From contig DPDG01000052.1 of the NCBI GenBank assembly GCA_003526375.1, positions 4,139 through 68,138 on the forward strand: DNA of 64,000 nucleotides, in the 5' to 3' direction. The notes below the pieces were generated by a model. It worked only from the letters and a program-made list of their open reading frames with translations. It made no database searches and was not told the DNA's origin. Every line of letters starts with the position of its first letter. Within the stretch, counting starts at the first letter, position 1. Shown piece after piece: positions 19,193-30,268 of the stretch. The position numbers were made by a program, and so were the translations under genes. The DNA comes from Lentisphaeria bacterium (GTDB lineage: Bacteria; Verrucomicrobiota; Lentisphaeria; Victivallales; UBA1829).

Positions 19193-22119
19193 TGATGATG
19201 CAGATATTGCCGACGCTCTTCTTGGGTTCGCTTATATTGGGAACATCTGAGATTTCATGGAATCGAGTGGAAGATTCTCGAAGATGCCGGCCCTGGCGAA
19301 CTCAACGTATTTTGCCGCGTCCGCTCTTTTTTGCTGAAATTCAAAACTATCGGTTAGTCGAGAATTATCTGCATTACTGGATTGACCGTCCTCTTTACCA
19401 TGACAGCTCTCTGCGCGGCAAAAACAGTTATATGGAGAGTATGCGGCGCAATATTGCCATTGCCCGTGAGTATGGATTGGATGGCTTTACGATTTTAGGC
19501 AATGCTCCATCACTCAGGAATGATTGGCGTTTGCTGTTGAGTGTGCTTGCTGAAGAAAAAGGGATTGGCTTTGCCGGAATGGCAGGGGCTGTTTATTCTC
19601 GTGTTCCCGATGCTCAATGGTATGAGAATTTTCTTGACAATTATCGAATCGCTGCTTCTTCTCCTCATTCCCTGCGAATTGGAGGGAAGATTGTGGTTTG
19701 GGCTTATCATGCTCAGTTTTTCCCTGTTGAACTGTTTTCCAGACTCAGACTGCTGATTGAAAAAGAAAATCTGCCTGAACCATTTCTCTTTACTATTGTT
19801 AATGATCTTGAGATGCAGAAAAAGTTTCAGGAAAAAGGTTTTCTTTCCAAAGACGAGGAAGCGCAGTTCCGTGCTTTATTGGAGGAGCAATTGTACAATG
19901 CTGACGGGATTATGGTTTATCCCGCAGGTAAAAATCGTCCTGAGCATGGAGAATATGCCGCCCGTCCTGTTCAGGATCCTTTTTACCGACGTTATACCCT
20001 GCCGTTTCTGTTGGAGTTACTGGCAGAAGAACGATTTTCAAATAAGGCTGTAGGTGCTTATGTGTATAAGGGGTATGTGAACCATCTTTCTGGAAATATT
20101 GCAGGTGAATACGGTTCTTCCGCATTTCGTCTGGCAATGGAGGAACTCATGCTTCTGAATCCGGATATCATCACTTTTTTTGAGTGGAATGAGGCAAATG
20201 AGAATACCCATTACCAACCGACGGTAGCCAATGGGAATGCCATGAAGAGAATTGTAAGAAACTATATGAGTCTGTTGCGCGGAGAGCCGTCGCTTCCGGA
20301 AAAAAATGACAATACAGCGATACCGAACCTGATTGTATCCAGCCGCATGGTATTGCGTCTTGGCGAAAATATTGAATATGAATTTTTGAATCTGCCCGAT
20401 ACGGAGAAAACGAGCTTATATTCGGTCGAACTGAGATTGAAGGATGTTTCCGGTGCGGTATTGAAAAGATTTCCAGCGGAACACTTTAACCGTGCTGAAT
20501 TCAAGTCCGTTACCATTTCCGTTCCAAGTCTGCAATTTTCCGTTGAAAGTATTCTGATACCGGAGATTACGATTACCGGGCCGGATGGGAAGATGTGTCA
20601 TTATGAACTTCGGCATATGCGGATTGATCCGAGCGTGTGTTCCAATTATAAGGAAATTATGCAACCTGTGCGGGAACAGCTGGCATGTGATTTCCGGTAT
20701 TTCTGGACGGGGGATACCCTGAAAGCCGAAGTGAATTCAAAGATTCCACTCAGGTCTTTTGAACTATTGCTGAACGAAGATGAAGTCGCTGCCGCCGGGG
20801 ATGTCCAAGCCAATGGTGATTTATCCAGGACCGTCACCATACGCGGGCATTTTGCCGCATTTGAACCCGTTATGAAACAGATAAGTTTTGAAATTTCCGG
20901 TTCTCCTGAGTGGTATTTCTGTCGTGACCACTATCGCAATGCGCCGGATCAACTCAGACAATTTGAAAACAAAAAAGTATTGATCAACTATAGAATCCCT
21001 TTTTACTATCCGGAATATTTTTTTATTCGGTATCTGCCGGCAAAAAATGCAAGATTGAAAATTGCTGTTGATGGTTTTCTGCCATTGGAATTCAAATGTT
21101 CGGATTTGGAAAAGAAGGGTAAATTTGCTCAGGCTTTCCCCGGAGCGATCCGGCTGGATCTTGAAATCGTGCGGAACCTTGCGGATATTCCAACGCCATT
21201 GAATCGTAGAAAGGCACAACTGCAATATCGCCTTGCACACGGAATATCAGATTACCCGCAGGCTGCGGAACTGCGCGCTGTCAGCATGGATGGAAAAATC
21301 AGGCGTATGTTTATTGATATCATGAATCCGTCCTGTAAAAGCACCTTGAAGCTGCCGGTTCTTGATGTGAATGCGAAGAGAGCTGTGAATGTCGATATTC
21401 CGCAGCGGATGCAGCGCGATATCGTTTATCGTTTCTCTCCTGAACATGGCGCATTGCTTTATGCGCCGCGCTATCCTGAGTTCACAGGTGAGCTTGGGGG
21501 TGGTTTTCAGTATCTGGAACCGTTCAACCGTCCACGTCCCGAGTTATTGAAACATCTTGGGGGTGCTTCTGCCGCTCCGCAGTGGTTTTACGAAGATAAG
21601 CGCTGGGGACTTCATTTTGATGGAAATGCCAATTATGTGAATTTTCCTCGTGAGGCATTGCCTTATGGAGCCTTTACACTGCAATTTGAAATTCGCCCGT
21701 CTGAAGCGGGGCGCAGTGAGGTGCTGTTTCGCAATTTCAGCCATCATGACGGATCATTGAACCTGTTCCGGCATAATGATAAACTGATGATGATTTTTAC
21801 CCGCCGCACGGCTCAAAATAAAAGTGAGCTGATCAGGATCACTACCTCGTTGGAACTTCCCGCCGGCAGTTGGTCGAATGTCAGCGTTGCAATGGACTTG
21901 GAAAATATTACATTTACTGTCAATGGGAAAAGTGAGAAAAAAGCGTTTCCATACCAGGGATATTTTTTTAAGCCGTCCATTTTCGGCGGTCATGTTTATC
22001 CGGCATTTGCAATGCCGTCTTCAAATACAAAATTTTTCAAAGGGGATTTACGCTTTATACGGATTCTTCATGGGATTGAAAATAAAAAACAGATATCAAA
22101 AAAGGAGACTTTGAAATGA
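19174..22119 (+). CDS. large exported protein: GH71/GH99-like N-terminal region plus C-terminal LamG/ConA-like lectin domain
   Basis: Hydrophobic N-terminus. [16 protein letters not shown] resembles the WNE..E block of GH71/GH99-type barrels. C-terminal [14 protein letters not shown]...[11 protein letters not shown] resembles Laminin_G_3. The start could instead be 19186. Confidence 0.5.
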   Translation: MGRTMVMMMQILPTLFLGSLILGTSEISWNRVEDSRRCRPWRTQRILPRPLFFAEIQNYRLVENYLHYWIDRPLYHDSSLRGKNSYMESMRRNIAIAREYGLDGFTILGNAPSLRNDWRLLLSVLAEEKGIGFAGMAGAVYSRVPDAQWYENFLDNYRIAASSPHSLRIGGKIVVWAYHAQFFPVELFSRLRLLIEKENLPEPFLFTIVNDLEMQKKFQEKGFLSKDEEAQFRALLEEQLYNADGIMVYPAGKNRPEHGEYAARPVQDPFYRRYTLPFLLELLAEERFSNKAVGAYVYKGYVNHLSGNIAGEYGSSAFRLAMEELMLLNPDIITFFEWNEANENTHYQPTVANGNAMKRIVRNYMSLLRGEPSLPEKNDNTAIPNLIVSSRMVLRLGENIEYEFLNLPDTEKTSLYSVELRLKDVSGAVLKRFPAEHFNRAEFKSVTISVPSLQFSVESILIPEITITGPDGKMCHYELRHMRIDPSVCSNYKEIMQPVREQLACDFRYFWTGDTLKAEVNSKIPLRSFELLLNEDEVAAAGDVQANGDLSRTVTIRGHFAAFEPVMKQISFEISGSPEWYFCRDHYRNAPDQLRQFENKKVLINYRIPFYYPEYFFIRYLPAKNARLKIAVDGFLPLEFKCSDLEKKGKFAQAFPGAIRLDLEIVRNLADIPTPLNRRKAQLQYRLAHGISDYPQAAELRAVSMDGKIRRMFIDIMNPSCKSTLKLPVLDVNAKRAVNVDIPQRMQRDIVYRFSPEHGALLYAPRYPEFTGELGGGFQYLEPFNRPRPELLKHLGGASAAPQWFYEDKRWGLHFDGNANYVNFPREALPYGAFTLQFEIRPSEAGRSEVLFRNFSHHDGSLNLFRHNDKLMMIFTRRTAQNKSELIRITTSLELPAGSWSNVSVAMDLENITFTVNGKSEKKAFPYQGYFFKPSIFGGHVYPAFAMPSSNTKFFKGDLRFIRILHGIENKKQISKKETLK

Positions 22120-23975
22120 AAAGATTTTTTTCCGTTCTCTTATTCTGCCTGGGGGCAGCAATTTCCGGTTCGGAGCTGCAACTGTCATCGCCTCGTGCCA
22201 TCAAAGTAGATGATCCGGAAGATCCTGTCCAGATATTTGCGGCGCAGGAGCTGCAGAGACATCTGAAAATGATTTCCGGTATTGAGCATCCGGTCGGAGA
22301 AACGGAGCCTGCCACCTTTGTGATTGGACGAAAAGCTCCGTCCGATATGGAAAGAATGAATACGGGTGAAGGACGTTATACGTTTGAGAACAATGTGCTT
22401 TACTTTTACGGGGAGGATTATTATGACAGGAAGCGTTCCCTTGACAAGATTCTGGCTGACCGCGACAATCGGACGGGCACTTTGAACAGTGTTTATACAT
22501 TCCTTGATCAAGAATGCGGGGTCCGTTGGACGGCGCCAGGCAATGATCGCATTGTATTTATCCCGCGGAACTCAGTTGTTCTGAAGGAAAAGAAAGTAAA
22601 TAAGTGGAGATTGCCTTTGGAGTTTGCCTTCGTGCGTCCTTACTTCTGGAATCCCAAGCTGATTGCCGGAAACAATAAGAGGGTTCCTGAAGAGCTCCGT
22701 TTTTCCTCCTCTGAAGTTTACCGGAAACGTTTGGAACATATTGTCTGGACACGCCGTATGAGGCTGGGGGCTAATGAAATCATCCGTTTCGGACATGCCT
22801 TTACAGATTACCAGGATCGTTTTCTGAAGACTCATCCGGAATATCTTGGAATGAATCAGGATGGTTCCCGCGGTCTTCCTGATCAACTTAAAACCCGTGT
22901 TAAACTTTGCGTTTCCAATGAGGCTGTCGTTGATCAGATTATTTCTGATTGGCAAGCGAACGGTGCAAAAAAGTATCTTAATGTATGTCCGAACGATGGA
23001 ACTCCCGGCTTTTGCAGATGCCCGCGGTGTCTCGCTCTTGACGAACGCAGGGAGAATGAAAGATTTCTTGATCATTTGACGGACCGTTACGTCAATTTCT
23101 GGAATCGAATTGCAGCCAAAGCCGTGAAGATTCGTCCGGATGTGACGCTGGTGACTTATGCATATAGCTATTATCGTTTTGCACCGCGTCGGGAAAAGAT
23201 TCAGTATCCGGAAAATATCTTGCTGGGGCTTGTCCCGATGCTGATGGAGGATAATCGCCGGATTATGGAGGAATGGCGGAAGGCTGGAGTCCGGCACTTT
23301 TTTCTGAGGCCAAACGATCTCTGCTATGAAGCTGTTTATTTCCGGGGATTTGAAAGAGGCATTTGGGAACAATTCTCCGCTGCAAGAGATATTGGACTCA
23401 ACGGCATGGATTTCGATGCCTGTATCGGCAATCCGGCTACAGAATTGGATTTTTATATCGCAGCACGGGCTATGGCAAAACCGCAGATGAGTTTTGAGGA
23501 AATTGAAAAAGAATATCTTTCCATCTATGGCGCCGCAGCGCCGGCAGTAAAAAAATTCTATGAACTTTACCGCAGGAACGGAGATAAAATGATGAGAAAA
23601 GTCTACCGGAAACTGAAGCAGGAGAAGCGTTATCTGCTGGATTCCGGGCAGATTCCGATCGTCATACAGGAGAAGATTAATTTTTATTACCCGGTTTCTC
23701 TGATGCGGGAGGCATCCGCACTGCTTGAAGAAGCTTTACAGTACGCCTCAGAACTCAATGAATCGGAACGCAGGCATCTTGCACGCCTGAAGTCCTTGAA
23801 TGATCACAGTATCATGACATTTGAACTGGTTGAAGCTTTGAACCGGAAAGCTGCCGACATTGAGGAGAAGCGGAATAAGCTTCTGAAATATAGAATTCAA
23901 CATAAAGATCTGGGGTTTTGCTGGCCTCTTCTGTTTACTCGTCCACGGGCTGAAGGCAATCTGAAAATCCGGTGA
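22116..23975 (+). CDS. DUF4838-like exported protein (glycan-active, GH20-related fold suspected)
   Basis: Signal peptide [18 protein letters not shown] and Cys cluster CPNDGTPGFCRCPRCLALD, as I recall for DUF4838. Start overlaps the upstream stop. Confidence 0.55.
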   Translation: MKRFFSVLLFCLGAAISGSELQLSSPRAIKVDDPEDPVQIFAAQELQRHLKMISGIEHPVGETEPATFVIGRKAPSDMERMNTGEGRYTFENNVLYFYGEDYYDRKRSLDKILADRDNRTGTLNSVYTFLDQECGVRWTAPGNDRIVFIPRNSVVLKEKKVNKWRLPLEFAFVRPYFWNPKLIAGNNKRVPEELRFSSSEVYRKRLEHIVWTRRMRLGANEIIRFGHAFTDYQDRFLKTHPEYLGMNQDGSRGLPDQLKTRVKLCVSNEAVVDQIISDWQANGAKKYLNVCPNDGTPGFCRCPRCLALDERRENERFLDHLTDRYVNFWNRIAAKAVKIRPDVTLVTYAYSYYRFAPRREKIQYPENILLGLVPMLMEDNRRIMEEWRKAGVRHFFLRPNDLCYEAVYFRGFERGIWEQFSAARDIGLNGMDFDACIGNPATELDFYIAARAMAKPQMSFEEIEKEYLSIYGAAAPAVKKFYELYRRNGDKMMRKVYRKLKQEKRYLLDSGQIPIVIQEKINFYYPVSLMREASALLEEALQYASELNESERRHLARLKSLNDHSIMTFELVEALNRKAADIEEKRNKLLKYRIQHKDLGFCWPLLFTRPRAEGNLKIR

Positions 23976-24242
23976 TGCCGATGCAGACAAGAATACGCTG
24001 AAACAGCCTCGGGGCATTCCTTTGATCTCTTTCAGAGCCCCCTGGCTGAGTTGTTCCTGATGTCGTGAGAGATGTATTTTCAGGAGGTGCCGGATCACCG
24101 TGGACTCCGTTTTACTGTCTTGCCGACAACCGTTCCCATGTCACATGGTGCAACCGGTATCACGAACTGGCAACCACATTGCATATACATTTGATTCCAA
24201 AGAGTTTTATCAGATGAAAAATATACTGACGGGGTGAATAAA

Positions 24243-24319
24243 TGGTGGGTATAACTGGACTCGAACCAGTGACCTTCACGATGTCAACGTGACGCTCTAA
24301 CCAACTGAGCTATACACCC
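24243..24319 (-). tRNA. tRNA-Val (anticodon GAC), CCA encoded
   Basis: The reverse complement GGGTGTATAGCTCAGTTGGTTAGAGCGTCACGTTGACATCGTGAAGGTCACTGGTTCGAGTCCAGTTATACCCACCA folds as a cloverleaf: 7-bp acceptor stem, GCTC/GAGC D stem, TCACG/CGTGA anticodon stem, loop TTGACAT, and a TTCGAGT T loop. Confidence 0.95.
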
Positions 24320-24606
24320 TTGTTTTGTTGATGCGTTTAATATAACAGCTGTCTTCGTTATTTCAAGCTGAAAAAATAAAAAAATGTTATTTTTATATTT
24401 GCCGGCGATGGAGATGCATGGCTTCCGAAAGTGTGGAAAGCAAGGTTTTGAAGGATAGAAAAGACTGGAAGACCAAAAATATGAGCACAAGTCGATTCTT
24501 TCCGGTTTACTGTATTTGTCTGACGGCTGTATTACTGTGATTTGACAATGTCCCGTTTCCGTCTTATATTGACTCATGACTCAGAAACGAGGGGAGGAAA
24601 CAACGG

Positions 24607-25305
24607 ATGATAGGTATCATTTCACTGCTTTTAATCATATATACTTTGCTTTTCATTACCAGAATTGCCGCCATTATTCTGGAATACACGGGACTGTCGC
24701 AGGAATCGGCGCGTTTTCAGGCCCGTTCCGCTGTAACCGGATGCGGTTTCACCACGTCGGAATCGGAGGAGATCATGAACAATGCGATTCGCCGGAAAGT
24801 GGTCGGGAATCTGATGCTGATCGGGAATGTCGGGCTGGTTGCGTCGCTTTCCTCCATGCTCATGAGTTTCATTCATGTGAATATGGACAACCTGCCTTAT
24901 GAAGTTGCAATCCGTGGGATTCTGCTGGGCGGCGGACTTCTGATTCTCTGGGGATTGTCAAAGAGCCGTTCGTTTGAACGGCTGGTGATCCGCATTTTTG
25001 AGATTGCCGTGCGAACTCCGATGGAACTCAGCACTTACCATTACGGTTCTCTCTGCCATCTTTCAGACGGTTTTCAGGTGAGTGAATTTCTCGTGGAGCA
25101 TGGAATGCATCTGGCGGGGAAAAGTGTCTCGGAATGTTCTTCATTGTTCGGGAATGTCAAACTGCTGGGTATTCAGCGTTCCCCCTCAGAGTATGTGGGA
25201 TATCCGGACGGCGCCGTTTTGATTGAGGAAAGTGATCTCCTGATTCTTTATGGAGCCAAAAATGACCTTAACCTGATGGAAAAGAAAGTGAAAATATCCG
25301 CTTGA
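24607..25305 (+). CDS. membrane protein with a C-terminal TrkA-C (RCK_C)-like domain
   Basis: N-terminal TM helices plus a C-terminal VSEFLVEHGMHLAGKSVSE..LLGIQRS..VLIEESDLLILYG pattern typical of TrkA-C. Confidence 0.6.
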   Translation: MIGIISLLLIIYTLLFITRIAAIILEYTGLSQESARFQARSAVTGCGFTTSESEEIMNNAIRRKVVGNLMLIGNVGLVASLSSMLMSFIHVNMDNLPYEVAIRGILLGGGLLILWGLSKSRSFERLVIRIFEIAVRTPMELSTYHYGSLCHLSDGFQVSEFLVEHGMHLAGKSVSECSSLFGNVKLLGIQRSPSEYVGYPDGAVLIEESDLLILYGAKNDLNLMEKKVKISA

Positions 25306-25454
25306 TTTTTTATGACATCTGTGTAAACGGAAAATGAAAATAATTTTCGTATTTTTTATATTCAGATTCTTGTATTCTGGAAAGATGGTGTTATTATAGC
25401 TTATGGAAGATGCCCGTTTTGCTTTGAAATTGCTGAAGGGAGAGTATTGAAATA

Positions 25455-27743
25455 ATGGTCGATACTGTTTATTATGCTCATACTTTGCCGGACAAAGGAC
25501 CGGAATCCTGGCAATATTTGAAAGATCATTTGTGTAATGTTGCAAAAATGGCGGCGCAGTTCGCTGCGTCTTTTCATGGAGAGAATTTCGCAAAAGCCGC
25601 AGGGTTTGCACATGATTTCGGTAAATTCAGCTCTGAATTTCAGGCGAGGCTGATGGATGCGGAGCTTGATATGAGTTCGCGTGACAAAGATCACTCTTCC
25701 GCCGGAGCGCAGATCCTGTATGAGAAATTCCTGATGGCAGGGCATTTATGCGCTTATGCCGTGGCGGGGCATCACAGCGGTTTGCTGGATCACTGTTCCA
25801 AAACCGGAAACGGCTGTATGGAGGCGCGGCTCAAAAAGAAATTGCCGCCGTGGAAAACAGCCGAGGCGGAACAAATCCTTGCCGGGATTGATTTGAATTT
25901 TGAACGCGATATTCCGCGAACTCTTTTTGCATCGTCTTCAAGGGAGTTTTCCCTGTCGCTTTTCTGCCGCATGATCTATTCTTGTCTTGTGGATGCGGAT
26001 TTTCTGGATACGGAGGCATTCGTCCTGCCGGAGCAGGCGGCGCAGCGCCCGAAATGGGATTCCGATATTCTTATAAGAATGAACAAACTGCTGGATGAGC
26101 ATCTGGACGGTTTCAAAGAAGAGAACCGGAAGAAAAGATTTAATGAACGTGAAATGAGAGTCCGCGAGTTGAGAAACGGAATTCTGGAGGATTGCCGGAA
26201 TGCCGCGGAGCATGAGCCCGGGCTTTTTACGCTGACTGTTCCGACGGGCGGCGGCAAGACGCTTTCCTCGCTCTCTTTTGCTTTGCGGCATGCCGTAAAA
26301 TATCGGAAAAAGCGGATTGTTTATGTGATTCCGTTCATCTCCATCATTGAACAGACCGCCGGACAGTTTCACGACATCTTCAAGACACTGGAACCGAACC
26401 CCGTATTGGAGGTTCACAGCAATATCCCGCTGGAAAATGAATCCGGCGGCGAGGTGGACGAACTTGCTGACGAAAGACGTATGAAGCGTCTTGCCGGCGA
26501 GAATTTCGATGCGCCGCTTGTTGTGACGACAGCCGTTCAGTTTTATGAATCCCTGATGGGGAACCGTTCTTCGCAATGCCGCAAGCTTCACAACCTGACC
26601 GATGCCGTAATTATTCTTGATGAAGTCCAGAAAATCCCGGTGGAATACATTCACGTGATCCTGACGCTTTTCAAGGAACTGAGTACAACTTACCGGGATA
26701 CGGTCGTAATGTGCACCGCGACTCAGCCTGCACTGGTCGAGAACCGTTATTTCCCGATCGGACTCAAAGAACCGCCTTATGAAATGATCCGTGACCCGCA
26801 AAAACTTTACGAAGCCCTGAAACGGGTCAGGATCGTGAACCTCGGAAAGCAGAGCGATGAAGAACTGCTGCTGCGCTTTGAGGCGGAGGAACAAATGTTG
26901 TGTATTGTCAATACGCGCGGTCATGCTTCAAAGCTGTTTCTCGGACTGAAGCGCAGGAAAGGGGATTATCATCTGAGCACGATGATGTGTGCGGTTCACC
27001 GTGCCGAAGTTCTGAAAGCGATTCGGGAGCGGGTGGCAGCAGGACTTCCCTGCCGCGTGATCAGCACGCAGTTGGTCGAGGCGGGAGTCGATATTGATTT
27101 TCCTGTTGTTTTCCGGTCGTCCGCCGGACTTGATTCCATTGCGCAGGCGGCGGGGCGCTGCAACCGGAACGGCGCTCTGGAAATTGGCAATGTCTATGTT
27201 TTTGAGTCGGAACATCGCCGTTCCGAGCGTTTTCAGCAGTCGGCGGCGAATATCGGCGCGGAGGTGCTGGATGTATACCGGGAAGACCCTCTGGGTTTGA
27301 ATGCCGTGGAGCGTTTCTTCGGTCTTTATTATAACCGGGAGAATGCAAAGTGGGACAGCCGGGATCTGTTGAAAAAGCAGTTTTGGGACTTTCCGCCGGC
27401 GATTGACGGAAAGCGCATAGAGCTTCAGTTCATGTTTGCGTCGGCGGCAGAAAAGTTCAAACTGATCGAACAGGACACGGTTGCCGTGATCGTGGAATAT
27501 GACAGTGACAGCATTGCTCTATGCGCGGAACTGCGAAAGAATCCGATCATGAATTATGGGATTCTCCATCGTTTGCAGCGTTATACGGTTCAACTGCACC
27601 GGCAGGTGTTTCTGCGTCATGCCGGACGGGAAATCGAGCTGCTTCACGGTGATATTCCCGTATTGATTTCAGCATGGACAAATTACAGTAAAGAGGTCGG
27701 ATTGACCTTTGATGATTGTGCAAGTGATCTTTTGGAAGCTTAA
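25455..27743 (+). CDS. cas3: CRISPR-associated helicase/nuclease Cas3 (type I-C)
   Basis: HD nuclease block (HDFGKFS), helicase motif I VPTGGGKT and motif II ILDEVQ. 762 aa; first gene of the cas operon. Confidence 0.9.
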   Translation: MVDTVYYAHTLPDKGPESWQYLKDHLCNVAKMAAQFAASFHGENFAKAAGFAHDFGKFSSEFQARLMDAELDMSSRDKDHSSAGAQILYEKFLMAGHLCAYAVAGHHSGLLDHCSKTGNGCMEARLKKKLPPWKTAEAEQILAGIDLNFERDIPRTLFASSSREFSLSLFCRMIYSCLVDADFLDTEAFVLPEQAAQRPKWDSDILIRMNKLLDEHLDGFKEENRKKRFNEREMRVRELRNGILEDCRNAAEHEPGLFTLTVPTGGGKTLSSLSFALRHAVKYRKKRIVYVIPFISIIEQTAGQFHDIFKTLEPNPVLEVHSNIPLENESGGEVDELADERRMKRLAGENFDAPLVVTTAVQFYESLMGNRSSQCRKLHNLTDAVIILDEVQKIPVEYIHVILTLFKELSTTYRDTVVMCTATQPALVENRYFPIGLKEPPYEMIRDPQKLYEALKRVRIVNLGKQSDEELLLRFEAEEQMLCIVNTRGHASKLFLGLKRRKGDYHLSTMMCAVHRAEVLKAIRERVAAGLPCRVISTQLVEAGVDIDFPVVFRSSAGLDSIAQAAGRCNRNGALEIGNVYVFESEHRRSERFQQSAANIGAEVLDVYREDPLGLNAVERFFGLYYNRENAKWDSRDLLKKQFWDFPPAIDGKRIELQFMFASAAEKFKLIEQDTVAVIVEYDSDSIALCAELRKNPIMNYGILHRLQRYTVQLHRQVFLRHAGREIELLHGDIPVLISAWTNYSKEVGLTFDDCASDLLEA

Positions 27744-27759
27744 CAGGGAGGTGAAAGGA

Positions 27760-28461
27760 ATGGGATACGGAATCAAACTGCTTGTATGGGGAGACCGGGC
27801 GTCGTTTAACCGCCCGGAAATGAAAGTGGAAAGAGTGACTTACGATGTCATGACTCCCAGTGCCGCGCGCGGGATTCTTGAAGCGATTTACTGGAAGCCG
27901 CAGATGAAGTGGGTCATCGACCGGATTCATGTGCTGAACCCGATCCGCTTCAGCAATATCCGCCGGAATGAACTGGGAGGAAAGATTGCGGTGAATATGA
28001 AGAATACTTCGGACGGCAGCGAGATGGGGGTTCTGATTGCGGAGAACCGTCAGCAGCGCGCCGGAATTATCCTGCTGAATGTGAAATATGGGATCGAAGC
28101 GCATATTGACGTCGTTGAAAAGGACCGGACCAACGAACATTCGGGAGCAAAGCATCTGGAGATGTTCAAACGCCGCGCCTCCAACGGCCAGTACTTCCAT
28201 CATCCCTATTTCGGGAATCGCGAGTTCCCGGTCAATTTTGAACTCGTGGAGGAATTTCCGAAACCGCACGAGGAGTTGAAAGATACTGACTTCGGTTATA
28301 TGCTGAATGATATGGTGTTCACACCGGATAAGAAGGGACGGGTTGTTGAAAGCAGTCAGGGGCGCCGTTTAAGTGCGACTCCGGTCTTTTTCCGCGCAAA
28401 AATGAAGAATGGCGTGATTGAGGTTCCTCCCGCTGTTGCGGAAATGGAGGCGGCGGTATGA
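27760..28461 (+). CDS. cas5: Cas5c (Cas5d) pre-crRNA endoribonuclease
   Basis: MGYGIKLLVWGDRASFNRPEMKVERVTYDVMTPSAARGILEAIYWKP is the hallmark Cas5d N-terminus. SD GGGAGG lies 8 nt upstream of ATG 27760. Confidence 0.9.
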   Translation: MGYGIKLLVWGDRASFNRPEMKVERVTYDVMTPSAARGILEAIYWKPQMKWVIDRIHVLNPIRFSNIRRNELGGKIAVNMKNTSDGSEMGVLIAENRQQRAGIILLNVKYGIEAHIDVVEKDRTNEHSGAKHLEMFKRRASNGQYFHHPYFGNREFPVNFELVEEFPKPHEELKDTDFGYMLNDMVFTPDKKGRVVESSQGRRLSATPVFFRAKMKNGVIEVPPAVAEMEAAV

Positions 28462-30233
28462 TACTTCAATCTCTGGATAAATTATATGACCGTATAAAAA
28501 ATGAATCGGAATATAATGTCTCCGAACCCGGTTACAGCCTTCAGAAAATCGCTTTTGCCGTGGTGCTCAATCCGGATGGATCTCTGTTCCAGATTGAGGA
28601 TATCCGCACTTTGAACGGGAAAAAGATGGAACCCCGTCAGCTTCAGGTGTTTGGTGCGACTAAACCCCCCGGAAATGGTTATAATCCTTCATTTCTTTGG
28701 GATAAAACCAGCTATATGCTTGGTTATGTACCGGAGTCTGCAACTGAAAAAGAACTGAAACGCGCGGCACCCTCTTTCAACTCTTTCCGGGAACTGCATC
28801 TTGCGTGTGAAAAAGAGGTCAATGATCCCGCTTTCTCGGCAGTCTGCCGTTTTTTGGAAAAGTGGGAGCCCCGGGAAGCGGCAAACTATCCGTTCCTGGC
28901 GGAAGCAACCGGATATGGTGTATTCAGGATCAAGGCGGAACCGGGATATGTGCATGAGCGTCCGGCAATTGTCGATTACTTCAAACGGACCCGGATGAAG
29001 ACTGCGGATCAGAATGCGGTGACGGGGCAGTGCCTGATCTCGGGGCAGACTGTCCCGATTGCGCGTCTGCAGGCATTGATCAAAGGAATCGGTGCGAAAC
29101 CTGCCGCGCTGGTCGGCTTTAACGACAAGGCTTATGAGTCATATGGCAAGGAGCAGGCGTTCAACGCTCCGGTCGGCGAGGAACAGGCGTTCCGTTATAC
29201 GGTCGCACTGAATGCTCTGACCGATGGCCCGATGAAGCGGCATCACTGCATTTCGATGGGAGACCTGAAAGTGATTTTCTGGGCGGGGAAAAAGAGTCTT
29301 GCCGAAGATTTTGTCGGCGGGTTTTTTGATACGCCCCGTGATTCCGGAGATGATTCGACCCGTAAGAAAATCGCTCTGCTTTTCGAGTGTTTCCGGGAGG
29401 GCAGGATTCCGGACCGGATGCCGGATTTTGACCCCGATGTGCCCTTTTATGTGCTGGGTTTGTCTGTCAATGTGACCCGTTGTGTGGTTCGCTTCTTCTA
29501 TACTTCGACAGTCGGGGTGCTGTTTGAACACTTCAGCCGTCACTTCCGCGATATGGCTTTGGAGCGCCGTTTCGAGACAGATTCTGAGTTCCCGACGGTC
29601 CGGCAGATTCTGGATCAGACCTGTGTTCTGAAAGGCAGTTTCCCTGACCGGGACAGCATTCCGAAGAATCTGCCCGGCACACTGTTTGACTCGATTCTGC
29701 GCGGGATTGATTACCCGGCGGGTGTTTACAACCGGATACTTCAACGTATCAAGCACGACCAGTATCAGGATTATATCAAGGTATCTTTTCTCAAGGCATT
29801 TTTAATACGTAACCATAATAAGGAGTATAGTATGAGTCTGGACAAAAACATTGCGGATCCGCCTTATCTCTGCGGGCGTCTGTTGGCGGTGCTTGACAAA
29901 ACGCAGCGCGACGCTCTCGGCGATACCAATACAAACATTCGTGAAAGTTTTTATGCCGCAGCTTCAAGCCGTCCCGGCGTCGTTTTCCCGCGGCTTCTCC
30001 GGCTTTACTCGCATCATCTCGGCAAACTTCCCACAGGCGCCAGGATTGCCCGCGATTCCCTGATGCAGGAGATCATCGATAAACTGGGACATACCTATCC
30101 TATGAATCTGAATCTTGTGGATCAGGGCACTTTTTCGATCGGTTATTATCAGCAGATGCAGGCTTTCTTCCAGAAAGCGGATAAAAAAGAGACCGGCTCC
30201 GAAGATGAGAATACAAAAGAAGAAACAAAGTAA
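28458..30233 (+). CDS. cas8c: Cas8c (Csd1) large subunit
   Basis: MILQSLDKLYDRI N-terminus, 591 aa, positioned between cas5 and cas7. Start overlaps the cas5 stop. Confidence 0.85.
   Translation: MILQSLDKLYDRIKNESEYNVSEPGYSLQKIAFAVVLNPDGSLFQIEDIRTLNGKKMEPRQLQVFGATKPPGNGYNPSFLWDKTSYMLGYVPESATEKELKRAAPSFNSFRELHLACEKEVNDPAFSAVCRFLEKWEPREAANYPFLAEATGYGVFRIKAEPGYVHERPAIVDYFKRTRMKTADQNAVTGQCLISGQTVPIARLQALIKGIGAKPAALVGFNDKAYESYGKEQAFNAPVGEEQAFRYTVALNALTDGPMKRHHCISMGDLKVIFWAGKKSLAEDFVGGFFDTPRDSGDDSTRKKIALLFECFREGRIPDRMPDFDPDVPFYVLGLSVNVTRCVVRFFYTSTVGVLFEHFSRHFRDMALERRFETDSEFPTVRQILDQTCVLKGSFPDRDSIPKNLPGTLFDSILRGIDYPAGVYNRILQRIKHDQYQDYIKVSFLKAFLIRNHNKEYSMSLDKNIADPPYLCGRLLAVLDKTQRDALGDTNTNIRESFYAAASSRPGVVFPRLLRLYSHHLGKLPTGARIARDSLMQEIIDKLGHTYPMNLNLVDQGTFSIGYYQQMQAFFQKADKKETGSEDENTKEETK
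29832..30233 (+). CDS. cas11: probable internally translated Cas11c small subunit (nested in the cas8c frame)
   Basis: In-frame ATG 29832 is preceded by a strong SD AAGGAG (29820-29825, 6-nt spacer) and yields 133 aa. Internal Cas11c translation is described for I-C systems. Confidence 0.5.
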   Translation: MSLDKNIADPPYLCGRLLAVLDKTQRDALGDTNTNIRESFYAAASSRPGVVFPRLLRLYSHHLGKLPTGARIARDSLMQEIIDKLGHTYPMNLNLVDQGTFSIGYYQQMQAFFQKADKKETGSEDENTKEETK

Positions 30234-30268
30234 TGTTCAGATAACACAAAAAAAGAGGAGATAGAGCC

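Noticed and set aside
23976-24242. Possible integrase or transposase remnant next to the 3' end of tRNA-Val (minus-strand peptide ..TVIRHLLKIHLSRHQEQLSQGALKEIKG..).
   Set aside because: It only loosely resembles the RH..HLL..Q.LLGH region of tyrosine recombinases. Other frames are broken by stops, and I cannot verify it without a search.
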